This document shows positions 19,386 to 29,011 of a DNA stretch of 64,000 nucleotides, one piece after another (position 1 is the stretch's first letter; each line of letters starts with the position of its first letter). This stretch comes from Minisyncoccia bacterium. GTDB lineage: Bacteria > Patescibacteriota > Minisyncoccia > Phycocordibacterales > Phycocordibacteraceae. The translations under genes and the position numbers were made by a program. Under the pieces are notes generated by a model. The model worked only from the letters and a program-made list of their open reading frames with translations. It was not told the origin of the DNA and did not search any database. The DNA lies in the NCBI GenBank assembly GCA_050011835.1, contig JBEKII010000003.1, positions 39,842 through 103,841 of the forward strand, read 5' to 3'.

Positions 19386-20518
19386 AAATTTATTATATTG
19401 CCAATGCACGAATGCCGACCGAAAAAGCGCATGGCATCCAAATAGCAGAAATGTGTGAGGCCTTCATTGAGGCCGGTGTTGATGTGACACTTATCGTTCC
19501 TCGCCGTACGGCCGATCCTCGTTCGGTGCGTGAGTATTACGGATTGCGTACTGACGTACCGGTACGACGACTTCCCGTGTTGCCGTTTTATAATGGAGAA
19601 CGCGCTGGTTTTTCTATTGCATCACTGTCATTTATGTGTTCGGCGGCAGTGTTTCTGCTCCTACGGCGAGTTAAAAGTAGCAGTGATGTTATCTATACCG
19701 TGGACATGGACACGTTTTCCTTTACGCCCTTGCCATTATTCGGTATGCCCTGTTTTATTGAAATTCATGGGCAGAAACCCTCAACATCCGTGACGCGCTA
19801 CTTCTTCCGCCATGCGCGCGGAGTCATTGTTACCAATACGGAAATAGAACGTGCGATATCGGGCACGTTTAATCTCCCAACACAAAAACTTCTGGTTGAA
19901 CCAAACGGCGCTGACTTGTCGGCATATAAAAATCTGCCGTCAAAAGAAGAAGCGCGCCGGCAATTAGGACTACCATTACATGAACGCACCGCGTTATATA
20001 TTGGTAGATTTTATGAATGGAAAGGCCTTGAGATTCTGCCCGCGGCGGCGCGCCTGCAGCCGGATGTCGCTTGGTACGCAGTCGGCGGCGATGCAAAAGA
20101 ATTTGCCAAAATCTCTGGGGTTTCCGATATTCCCGCGAACATGCATTGTACAGGTTCACGGCCGGCCCAGGAAATTCCTTTGTGGCTCGCGGCAGCGGAT
20201 GTACTGCTTATCCTCGGCACAAAAAATAATATAGATTCGTATCGCTATACTTCACCAATGAAAATATTTGAGTACATGGCGTCATGCCGGCCGGTTGTCG
20301 CGAGCAGGACACCGGCGCTTGCGAGCATCATTCCCGAGAGTGATGTTGTGTGGTATGAACCGGACGACGCGCACGACCTTGCGCGCGTCGTAAACGATGC
20401 GCTCCACGCGCCGAATGACGTTCGTCTCATGCACGCACGGAATATGGCTGAAGCTCACTCATGGGGAAATCGCGCCGCTCGCATTTTGGCTTTTATTGAA
20501 GCGAATTTTTCTCTTTAG
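19382..20518 (+). CDS. Glycosyltransferase family 4
   Basis: AHGIQ, EPNG, GRFYEWKG, SPMKIFEYMASCRPVV. Confidence 0.9.
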   Translation: MKIYYIANARMPTEKAHGIQIAEMCEAFIEAGVDVTLIVPRRTADPRSVREYYGLRTDVPVRRLPVLPFYNGERAGFSIASLSFMCSAAVFLLLRRVKSSSDVIYTVDMDTFSFTPLPLFGMPCFIEIHGQKPSTSVTRYFFRHARGVIVTNTEIERAISGTFNLPTQKLLVEPNGADLSAYKNLPSKEEARRQLGLPLHERTALYIGRFYEWKGLEILPAAARLQPDVAWYAVGGDAKEFAKISGVSDIPANMHCTGSRPAQEIPLWLAAADVLLILGTKNNIDSYRYTSPMKIFEYMASCRPVVASRTPALASIIPESDVVWYEPDDAHDLARVVNDALHAPNDVRLMHARNMAEAHSWGNRAARILAFIEANFSL

Positions 20519-21065
20519 GTTTTATCGTCACATTCGGGGGAATGCCGTACATAACGCTCTGCGGCGGGACATCTTTGTTGCACAATGAAAGGGCTCCAAT
20601 TTCGGAGTTGTCGCCAATGTGCACCGGCTTAATCACCTTTGCCCCCGTGTAGACGATAACGTTATCGCCGAGCCGCGGTAGACCCCTGCCCTCGATGCCT
20701 ATGAGCGTAACGCCATTATAAATAATCGCGTTTCTGCCTATTTTGACGCTCGCGCCTATCGTCACGTCAACCGGATGCGGCAGATATAATCCTGGGCCGA
20801 TGTCTGCATAGGGCGATATATCATTGGCGAACCGATACTGTCGCCACATTCTGATACGGAATTGTCCGCGCCATTTCTTGCGGATAAACAATTGGTTTAC
20901 GCGCAGCCAAAACACGCACGCGAAGCCCGGTTTGTGCCTCATTGCTCGGCGGACTTGCCAAACGCGGGAGATGAACGATGCGTGGGGATCAACTTTAAAC
21001 CCGACGGCGGCGGCATCTTGAGAAACCGTGTCCCAAAAAGAAGGAAGCCGCGTATCAGTAGCCAT
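20493..21065 (-). CDS. Serine-acetyltransferase-like hexapeptide-repeat O-acetyltransferase
   Basis: IGPGLYLPHP, IGRNAIIYNGVT, LGDNVIVYTGAKV, GIPP. Confidence 0.85.
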   Translation of the reverse strand: MATDTRLPSFWDTVSQDAAAVGFKVDPHASFISRVWQVRRAMRHKPGFACVFWLRVNQLFIRKKWRGQFRIRMWRQYRFANDISPYADIGPGLYLPHPVDVTIGASVKIGRNAIIYNGVTLIGIEGRGLPRLGDNVIVYTGAKVIKPVHIGDNSEIGALSLCNKDVPPQSVMYGIPPNVTIKPKEKNSLQ

Positions 21066-21095
21066 GAGGTGGAATATATCATACGGTAGCGTAAA

Positions 21096-21719
21096 ATGGC
21101 TTTTATGCGACAGAACGACCTCTGGACCCCAGCTCTCTATACGTTTCGAGGGTTTGTGCAGGAAAATATTCTCAATTCCGCACAGGCGCTTGATATCGGA
21201 TGCGGAAACCGCAAACTTCCCGGGGCGGTAGGCATTGATAAGCTCGCGCTTTCGTTAGTGGATGTCGTGCATGATTTGTCTGTATTCCCATGGCCGTTCG
21301 CGGATAATAGCTTTGACCTAGTGTTTGCGAATCATTTTTTAGAGCACGCGGACGATGTCCTTCGCACGATGGAAGAAATCAACCGCGTTCTTGCTCCTGG
21401 TGGGCGCGTGGTAATCCAAGTGCCATATTTTCGCTGTGTCGATGCATACACTGACCCCACGCACAAACATTTTTTCGCTTCACAAACGCTCGATTATTGC
21501 ATTGCCGATACGCGAATATCCGCGTATGCCTATACGCCTGCGCGTTTTATCAAGCGGGGTTTCTGGTTCGGCTGGCCGCACTCTTCCCGCAATCCGCTCA
21601 AACAACTCCTTAAATCGTTTATCACTTCGCACGCGTCCTTCTATGACCAATATCTTTCCCTTCTTTTTCCTGTTAAGTGTCTTACCTGGGAGTTGGAATC
21701 AATAAAAAAGCGTATATGA
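21096..21719 (+). CDS. Class I SAM-dependent methyltransferase
   Basis: LDIGCG, PFADNSFD, HFLEH, RVLAPGG, DPTH. Confidence 0.9.
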   Translation: MAFMRQNDLWTPALYTFRGFVQENILNSAQALDIGCGNRKLPGAVGIDKLALSLVDVVHDLSVFPWPFADNSFDLVFANHFLEHADDVLRTMEEINRVLAPGGRVVIQVPYFRCVDAYTDPTHKHFFASQTLDYCIADTRISAYAYTPARFIKRGFWFGWPHSSRNPLKQLLKSFITSHASFYDQYLSLLFPVKCLTWELESIKKRI

Positions 21720-22762
21720 TCGTACGCAAGGCGCTTACATTTCGCGCTTCTTCCATCGGTGACTGCCTGATGGGGAAGTATCTTCTGGAAAATATTCATG
21801 CGCAATTCCCCGAGGCGCGCCTCGGGCTCGTGGTGGCAAACCGTGCAGGAATGATTCGCGATCTTCTCGCGGCATACCCATGGCTAGAAATTATTGAAGC
21901 GAATCGCCGTAGTCCGAAAGCGCTTCTTTCATTGTGGAAAAATTTTCACGGGAGCGATCTCGTGGTGACGCAATATGCTGGCAAGCAAGGCGGAAGTTTT
22001 GGTTTCGCGAGCAAGCTTGCTGCTCGGATGCTCGCTAAACGCGGAGGCCTCGTCGGATTTACTGATGCATCAAAGTGGAATGGGATACTTTACGATCAGC
22101 TGTTGTCCGCGCGTTCCGATATAGCAGTTGCTGACCATGAACGCGGGGCCTTGCGTGCGGCGGGACTGCCGATGTCTCTCCCATTCCCTGCATTAGAATT
22201 TGTGCGAGATAATACGGCACGTACTAAATTCAATCTGGAAACAGGGAAATTTATTATCGTCCATCTTTTTGCAGGTAATTCGGGTCGCGGACTGCATCCG
22301 GATAAAAAACGCGAACTACTCAATATACTTGCTGAAAAACTTCCCCGCATTCGTCTGGTAATAAGTGGCGGCACGAATGATCAGGAAGAAGCACTGCGTA
22401 TAGCGGAGAGCATTCCCGCGACTGTTATTGCAGGCAAAACAACACTCCAGGAACTCATGAATTTAATTTTTGAAAGCCGCGGGGTTGTCAGTGTTGATAC
22501 CGGAGTAGCGCACATCGCTGCGCAGCTTGGCAAACCACTTATTGTCATGCGTACTTGCCTCGGACGTAGTTGGTGGCTTCCGAAACAATATGGGGAAGAA
22601 GCACCCGTCACGGTTTTTTCTCGCGACGATCTCTGTAACGCCGGCCACATTTATAAAGATTTTCCCGATTGTATCAATGCAATTTCTATTGATGAGCTTG
22701 TTTCGGTTTTGCAACTCCAGCGAATTGCAAGTGGCGTGCATCTGAAAGCAGGCCAAGAGTGA
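21716..22762 (+). CDS. Glycosyltransferase family 9 (heptosyltransferase-like)
   Basis: SSIGD, GKTTLQEL, SVDTGVAHIAAQLGKP. Confidence 0.85.
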   Translation: MIVRKALTFRASSIGDCLMGKYLLENIHAQFPEARLGLVVANRAGMIRDLLAAYPWLEIIEANRRSPKALLSLWKNFHGSDLVVTQYAGKQGGSFGFASKLAARMLAKRGGLVGFTDASKWNGILYDQLLSARSDIAVADHERGALRAAGLPMSLPFPALEFVRDNTARTKFNLETGKFIIVHLFAGNSGRGLHPDKKRELLNILAEKLPRIRLVISGGTNDQEEALRIAESIPATVIAGKTTLQELMNLIFESRGVVSVDTGVAHIAAQLGKPLIVMRTCLGRSWWLPKQYGEEAPVTVFSRDDLCNAGHIYKDFPDCINAISIDELVSVLQLQRIASGVHLKAGQE

Positions 22763-23333
22763 ATATGTTAAATAAAATGAATTTCAACGAGCGTATCGGA
22801 TTCATACCCCGCAGTGTGATGAGTTCGAAGCCAAGATCGTCGAACATTCTCCGGATACTTTTTTCAGTAAAAAAGCGAAGATGTGTTGCATCAAGAATCC
22901 CCGCATCCCGGTACTGCCAATCTTTCTTTACCAAGAGATTCTTCAGGTTCCCCAGATGGCGGACGTTGGGAAGGGAAAATACCACGACACCGTTATCGCT
23001 CAATTTTTCTTTTAGCGCAAATAATACCGAATAAGGATCGGCGAGATGTTCAAGCACATCATTGCAGATAACGCAGTCAAAATACGCTTCAGGCAATTTC
23101 CCTAAAAGATTAGTTATATCTCCGACAAGAACCACATCTATTTTCCCCTGTGCGCGTGTTGCTACCGTTTCATTTATTTCAATACCCCACACTTCCGCCT
23201 CGCGCTGCTTTTTTACCAATGCACTAAAAACCCCCTCGGCACAGCCGATATCAAGTATTTTTTTTGCATCACGAGGAATAAACTCGAGCATCTCCGCACG
23301 AGTTTTTTTATAGTATCCGTTTTTTCTTTCCAC
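22686..23333 (-). CDS. Class I SAM-dependent methyltransferase (glycan O-methyltransferase-like)
   Basis: LDIGCAEG, DVLEHLADP, SLPN, GILDATHLRFFT. Confidence 0.9.
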   Translation of the reverse strand: MERKNGYYKKTRAEMLEFIPRDAKKILDIGCAEGVFSALVKKQREAEVWGIEINETVATRAQGKIDVVLVGDITNLLGKLPEAYFDCVICNDVLEHLADPYSVLFALKEKLSDNGVVVFSLPNVRHLGNLKNLLVKKDWQYRDAGILDATHLRFFTEKSIRRMFDDLGFELITLRGMNPIRSLKFILFNIFTLGLLSDARHLQFAGVAKPKQAHQ

Positions 23334-23386
23334 AGATGATAGAATATCTTGAAATGAAAATGAAGCAAGGGAATAGTGAATAAGAT

Positions 23387-24445
23387 ATGACCATTCACTT
23401 CTTTACGAAAGGGGATGAACGGCTCGGTGATTCTCGCCAAAGGGCGTTTCGCATCGCGGACGAGCTGAATGCTCGCGGGATTACGTCGGTTGTGCACTGG
23501 CCGCCCGTGATGTTCATGTCAACCACTCCTTGGCCGAAAAAGTTCCTGCTCATTGCGGCGGTTATCCGTTCGCTATTTTCTATAAAAAAAGGCGACATCG
23601 TCTTTCTTCAAAGGACCATCGGAAATAAGTATTTTTTCGTTATTATGATCGCGTATCTTAAATTCTTTCGGAGGAAAATGGTTTTTGATTTTGATGATGC
23701 GATTTATATGCACGATTTCTATAAGACAAAAACATTTACGCATATGGCGAATGCCGTTATCGTGTGCAGTCAGGCGCTCGCCGCGTGGGTGAGACGGTAT
23801 AACAACACGATTCACATCGTTCACACTTCTCTTAAATTTTCTGCATATGCTAAGTTCACTAAGAATTATTCAGTCGAGTCAGAACCTATGGTCATCGGGT
23901 GGGTTGGGAGGGCGACAGATCATTGCAAAAATTTAGAATTCCTCGCGACCATTCTTGAGGAACTTCTTAAAAAAACAACCATTCCATTCACATTTAAACT
24001 TGTCGGTGCGATGCAAGACAAAAAAGTGTACGCTCTTTTTGAGCGGATTTCCGGATTGCAGGTTGAGTTTGTAGATAATCTGGATTGGAATAATCCCGAA
24101 GTCGTTCCGCGTGTCATTCAGACATTTGATATCGGCGTGATGCCCCTCGTCGAGAAAGGCGAATGGAATCTCGCGCGATCATCATTCAAACCATTAGAAT
24201 ATATGGCGTGCGGCGTTGCCGCTGTTTGCAGTGCCGTTGGCGAAATCACACATGTGATACAAGACGGGGTAAACGGATATCTTGCTAACGATAAAGTTGA
24301 ATGGGTGGGGAAGTTAGAAGAACTTCTTTCTGATAGGGAATTACGAGCACGGTTCGGCCGTGTCGGGCAGGCGTATGTGCGAGACAACGATTGCTACGAA
24401 GTGATCATTCCCAAAATGATAAAGATTTTTCAGGCACTAAATTGA
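23387..24445 (+). CDS. Glycosyltransferase family 4
   Basis: FDFDDAI, IGWVG, DIGVMPL, KPLEYMACG. Confidence 0.9.
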   Translation: MTIHFFTKGDERLGDSRQRAFRIADELNARGITSVVHWPPVMFMSTTPWPKKFLLIAAVIRSLFSIKKGDIVFLQRTIGNKYFFVIMIAYLKFFRRKMVFDFDDAIYMHDFYKTKTFTHMANAVIVCSQALAAWVRRYNNTIHIVHTSLKFSAYAKFTKNYSVESEPMVIGWVGRATDHCKNLEFLATILEELLKKTTIPFTFKLVGAMQDKKVYALFERISGLQVEFVDNLDWNNPEVVPRVIQTFDIGVMPLVEKGEWNLARSSFKPLEYMACGVAAVCSAVGEITHVIQDGVNGYLANDKVEWVGKLEELLSDRELRARFGRVGQAYVRDNDCYEVIIPKMIKIFQALN

Positions 24446-25068
24446 GACGAGCAACGTTTCCACGCTTCTGCAACACGTTTCAAGAAAAGCGAAATATCTT
24501 TTTGATAAAAAGCATCATCGAGCGCGGCAATTTCCGTGTCAGGGAGGTCCCACCACCGTGAAGCAAGCATTTGGTCGACATACTTGGGGAATCGTGTGCG
24601 GATAATTTGTTGAGGATTTCCGATAACCACCGAATAAGGCGGAACGGCATCTCTTATGACGGCGCCGGCTCCGATAACGGCACCGGTCCCGATAACGCTG
24701 CCGGACAATATGATCGCGCTCTCGCCGACCCACACGTCATGCCCAATATCAATGGGCCCTTTCGTCGTGGCGTCAAAATTGTAGCCATCATTCACTGGCG
24801 GTTTTATAAGTCGGCGGGTCAGCAAGGAACGGAAAGGAAAACTAGAAGGTAAATCGGTCGGGTGATTCGCATGGCACAGGATACGTACATTCTTCGCGAA
24901 CGAACAGAAATTACCGATGTGCACGGGTGATTTGGCAGTGGGATAAAGAAACGTATTTTTTGTGACGCCATAGGTATGGCGTCCCACCGTTACATATTGC
25001 GGTAGGATAGGTGCTTCGGGGAGAGAAGCCTGACTATATAGATTGGACAAATACGCAAAAGGTCTCAT
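24430..25068 (-). CDS. CatB/Vat-related hexapeptide O-acetyltransferase
   Basis: IGNFCS, SSFPF, IGHDVWVG, VPPYSVVIGNP, WWD. Confidence 0.88.
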   Translation of the reverse strand: MRPFAYLSNLYSQASLPEAPILPQYVTVGRHTYGVTKNTFLYPTAKSPVHIGNFCSFAKNVRILCHANHPTDLPSSFPFRSLLTRRLIKPPVNDGYNFDATTKGPIDIGHDVWVGESAIILSGSVIGTGAVIGAGAVIRDAVPPYSVVIGNPQQIIRTRFPKYVDQMLASRWWDLPDTEIAALDDAFYQKDISLFLKRVAEAWKRCSSQFSA

Positions 25069-25147
25069 ATATAATTTTTTACCCGATAGATTTCATGAAG
25101 TATAACCCAGGAAGTGTCGAATTCAAATTTACGATATACTGAGGCAA

Positions 25148-27058
25148 ATGCAGGACAAGAATCCTTATACTATAATCCTCCTCTACGAATTGGGGCACGC
25201 CAAGGAGCTTGAACGTTTTTGGCGCGAGCGACCTGAGGAGGGGAAAGCCGTTTCGCTCGTGGTGGCGCTTACTCCGGATGTGGAAAAGGAGTTGAGAGAA
25301 CGAGGCGTCACTTTTTCTTCGGGGCGCGATTATCGTCCGCTTGATGCGAGCCGTTTTATGTTGGCAGAAAAATGGACGTCCGAGATGTTTGAGAGTTCGG
25401 AGTGGAAATGGTTTCGGTATCGTAATCTGCATCTCTCGCAGATGTTTTCCGTCCCCATTCAATTTTATTTCGTCCAGTTACTCTATTATGGAGCAATTGT
25501 AGAGAATTTGTTTGTAAAACACCAAAGTATACGCCGGTTGGTGGTGTTTCCTTCGCTCCAATCCGTTCCTCGTAGAGGCAGAGCTCTTGAACGCGAACGA
25601 ATCGCCGCGGTAGTCGCCTGTGCAAAGCTCATAGGAGCACGCCATGGAGTTGACGTTATTATACCGCGAACGATTGCATCTGCGAAACGTGTCCGTACGG
25701 GATCATTATTCTTTTCGTTCAAGCGAGCATTTTTGGAGTGTGGAGTAAATATCTGGAACATATGCGTTGGCATGCTTCGTCCACGCGGCGCTCCGCGTAT
25801 TCTCGCGTCCGATTACTGGCGGAATATCGCGCCGATCATGTCACGTCTGCCACGAGGGGAACTTATGTTATTTGACCGCGGGGAAGCGCTTAAAGCCGGT
25901 TTAGAGAATATGTGGCGATTCAGAATACGCCTTTTTAACTTCAGCTCTTTCTCTCTGCATCGCAGGAGGGCGGAGCGCGCAGAGACGCAAAAATTGTTTG
26001 AGGAACGATGGCGCTTTCTTCGTCGTGACGGGCTTCCGGACTATTCCTCAGGCGGATTCTCATTGCGCCCGCTTCTTACTGAAGCGTTAGACGGCATATT
26101 TTTGCGCGAAGTGCCCAAAACACTTCGTGATATTGATGGCGCGTATGAGATGTTGAAAACACTCGCGCCTAACATGGTATTTTTGCGTGCGAGCGTGAGC
26201 GCGCAGACGCACTTTTATATTCTCGCGACGGTTGCTCGTATGTGCGGCATTCCCTCATTGGAACTCCAGCATGGGCTAGAATATCTCGGCTCCGGTTCCG
26301 TAAGCAAACAGCACGGTGCCGAATATATCGCTGTGTACGGGCGGGTAACACAGGATGAATTTGCTGCTCTCGGGTTCCCTCGCGAGAGATTCCCCATCGT
26401 GGGTTCTCCAAGATTTGATGCCTATAAAAGAGAAGCTGTCCTCGCGCATCGAGTTCGCCGCGAGGGCGAAGGAATATCCGTTCTGTGTATCGGATTTGCC
26501 GTAAGCGTGGAATGGTTCTATGACGACTACGACCTGGAGGAATATTACTCTGCGGTCGCTCAAGCTCTTGAGAAGATTCCCAACAGTTCTGCGATTATCA
26601 AGCTGCGTCCCGGTTCGTTCCGCGAGAGCTCGTGCCGTTCTACGATTGATACCATATTCGCTCGAGTATCGCATACTATCGCCCACGACGAGCCATTTTC
26701 AGAACTTTTTGCTTCCGCGGATATCGTTGTTTCTTATTTTTCCACGGTTGTTTTGGAAGCGCTTCAATTTAATAAGCCCACTATTGTCTTCAGCGCTCAA
26801 GCAATGGAAAGAGAGTGCATCCGTTTTCATCTCACACAGTACGCGGACGCGGGCGGACTCATCGTCACCTATACGCAGGAAGAACTCGAGATCGCATGCC
26901 GTTCGCTCGCGAACGACGAAGCTTTACGCAAGCGCCTGGCACGAGGCGCAGAGAAAGTGCTTACGCAACTCTACTCATTTGATGGCAAGGCCTCAGAGCG
27001 TATAGTGGCTCTTATTGAGCGGCTTGCGCAGAAACAAAATGAACATGGAAGCGATTGA
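25148..27058 (+). CDS. GT-B-like surface-carbohydrate protein, candidate nonulosonic-acid transferase
   Basis: ELQHG, VGSPRFD, IKLRP, STVVLEALQFNKP, DGKASERI, typical of capsule/sialyltransferase/TagF-like GT-B folds. Confidence 0.6.
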   Translation: MQDKNPYTIILLYELGHAKELERFWRERPEEGKAVSLVVALTPDVEKELRERGVTFSSGRDYRPLDASRFMLAEKWTSEMFESSEWKWFRYRNLHLSQMFSVPIQFYFVQLLYYGAIVENLFVKHQSIRRLVVFPSLQSVPRRGRALERERIAAVVACAKLIGARHGVDVIIPRTIASAKRVRTGSLFFSFKRAFLECGVNIWNICVGMLRPRGAPRILASDYWRNIAPIMSRLPRGELMLFDRGEALKAGLENMWRFRIRLFNFSSFSLHRRRAERAETQKLFEERWRFLRRDGLPDYSSGGFSLRPLLTEALDGIFLREVPKTLRDIDGAYEMLKTLAPNMVFLRASVSAQTHFYILATVARMCGIPSLELQHGLEYLGSGSVSKQHGAEYIAVYGRVTQDEFAALGFPRERFPIVGSPRFDAYKREAVLAHRVRREGEGISVLCIGFAVSVEWFYDDYDLEEYYSAVAQALEKIPNSSAIIKLRPGSFRESSCRSTIDTIFARVSHTIAHDEPFSELFASADIVVSYFSTVVLEALQFNKPTIVFSAQAMERECIRFHLTQYADAGGLIVTYTQEELEIACRSLANDEALRKRLARGAEKVLTQLYSFDGKASERIVALIERLAQKQNEHGSD

Positions 27059-28109
27059 TATAACAAAAGTGACCGAAGCACCTAAACTCTGGCAAGATAT
27101 AGTGGATGCGTCTAACGACGGATGGATTTGGCATACATGGTTAGCGCACGAATTTAATCTCTGCGCAAGAGAGAAATTCAAAGCCGAGGACAACTCTTTT
27201 TTTATTTATGAAAACGAGGAAGCGGTGGGAGTTGTCTCGCTTATCATTCAAGAAGGAAGCATCGGTAACTTTAAAGAATGCGAAGTGCCATAGCCTTGTT
27301 TCCGCGCCGGTCTTAAGCCGGAGCGTGCATCGGCACTTGAGACCTTTGCATTTACAGAACTCGAACAGCGTGCTCGACGTGCAAGGACCGGCCGAGCATC
27401 CGTTTTAATGATTCCACCGATGAACCAAGGTAATGAAAGAGAACGAGTAGCGCGCGTAGCTTCAGAACATAATTATCTTTATTTCCCTTTGAGTTTCCAT
27501 GAGGTTAACGTGAGTCCCAATGCTCTCGAGGCGGCGCGTACACATTATGACTATAAGCATTTCTCATCATTCTTTACAATTACTGTTACGACAGGTTCCG
27601 AAGTGACAGACGTTCTTGAGGAGACATACTTTAAACTTCACACAAAAGATGCCGGGGGCCAGTTCCGTTCACGTCTGAGCTATAAAAAGCAAGCGGATAT
27701 CGCGAGGCAAGGAATGGGTTTTTATGTTGTCGCTCGGCACAATGAAAGTAGCAACGTTGCAGGGATGGCTCTCATAAACTGTTATAAGGGTGCGGCGTAC
27801 TATAATTCAGTAGCCGTTGACCCTGTATTCCAGAAACTGTGTGTGGGATATCAGTTGCAGTGCCGCGCTATTGAGGAATTGTTGCGCCGCGGCATCCTGC
27901 TCTACGACCTCGGATCAAGAGAAGACATTTCAACATGGCATGCGCTCACGTCGGAGAAAAAGCGTGGCATTGCTCGTTTCAAGGATAAATTTTCCCACCA
28001 TCAATCGCGTGACATCTACTATATAGAAAAATTTTTAGATATGGAATTTTTTCATGCATATCTGGAATCACGGGAGGCTTCACTCAAAGAGTATTTTGGG
28101 CTATCCTGA
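27045..28109 (+). pseudogene. FemAB-like GNAT acyltransferase interrupted by an in-frame TAG (27291-27293)
   Basis: ORFs 27015-27293 and 27408-28109 share one frame and are joined by 38 sense codons; GNAT-like AYYNSVA...LQCRAIEEL...YDLG...GIARFK. Confidence 0.72.
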
Positions 28110-28120
28110 ACATATGCACC

Positions 28121-28996
28121 ATGAATGAACGAAAGGGAAAACAAAAAGCGAAGAAGCTTTACGATCAGGAAGCTGGGGGTTATATCAAGCAGTACCAAGA
28201 AAATTATGAAGAGTATCCTGCCAACCTCATACGAATACAGTTTGTTATTGAAAGGCTAAAAAAGAATAATGTCAAAACAATTTTGGACGTTGGTTGCGGT
28301 ACCTGCGGACCAATGATCAAACTTCTTACAAACGGCTTTGTCGTTAAGGGTTTTGATTTTTCAAAAAAGATGATTGAGCAGGGCAGAGAAGAACTCCAGA
28401 AAGCTGGCTACGACCCTGAATTAATTCAAGTTGGTGATTTAGAGGATAAATCGGCTTTTTCAAATGAAAAATTTGACGCGATAATTGCTTTGGGCGTTTT
28501 CCCTCATATCGTGGATGAGCAGAGGGCACTATCCCATATGCGGAAGTTGTTGAATCCTGGCGGCCTGGTCTTTATTGAGTTCAGGAACGAATTGTTTGCT
28601 GTATATACTTTCAACAAATATTCTCTTGAATTTTTCACACAGAAGCTCATTAATGTACATTCCTTACCTCGAGATATCAGTACTGATGTAATGAATTTTT
28701 ATTCAAAAAAGTTTAAAGCCGGTACTATTGCCAAGAAAAAAGATGGCAAAATAGCTTATGCAGATACGCTGGCTAAGTTCCGCAACCCATTAAGCATAGG
28801 AAACGAATTATTCAATCCATGCGGTTTTTCTATTGCTAATCTGCATTTTTATCATTATCATGCACTCCCGCCCGTTTTTGAAAATAGATATCCAAAAATA
28901 TTCAGGGAATTAAGTCTAAAGTTGGAGAAAACCAATGACTGGAAGGGATATCTGATGGCCTCGGCTTTTGTTGTTGAGGCGAGAAGAACAGATTAG
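28121..28996 (+). CDS. Class I SAM-dependent methyltransferase
   Basis: LDVGCGT, GFDFS, FDAIIALGVFPH, LNPGG. Confidence 0.9.
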   Translation: MNERKGKQKAKKLYDQEAGGYIKQYQENYEEYPANLIRIQFVIERLKKNNVKTILDVGCGTCGPMIKLLTNGFVVKGFDFSKKMIEQGREELQKAGYDPELIQVGDLEDKSAFSNEKFDAIIALGVFPHIVDEQRALSHMRKLLNPGGLVFIEFRNELFAVYTFNKYSLEFFTQKLINVHSLPRDISTDVMNFYSKKFKAGTIAKKKDGKIAYADTLAKFRNPLSIGNELFNPCGFSIANLHFYHYHALPPVFENRYPKIFRELSLKLEKTNDWKGYLMASAFVVEARRTD

Positions 28997-29011
28997 ATTG
29001 AAATATAAAAT

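Noticed and set aside
24430-25068. Chloramphenicol/streptogramin resistance gene
   Set aside because: The hexapeptide fold is shared with sugar O-acetyltransferases, and the context is a glycan locus
20493-25068. Invertible segments explaining the antisense genes
   Set aside because: No flanking inverted repeats seen and no recombinase in the window
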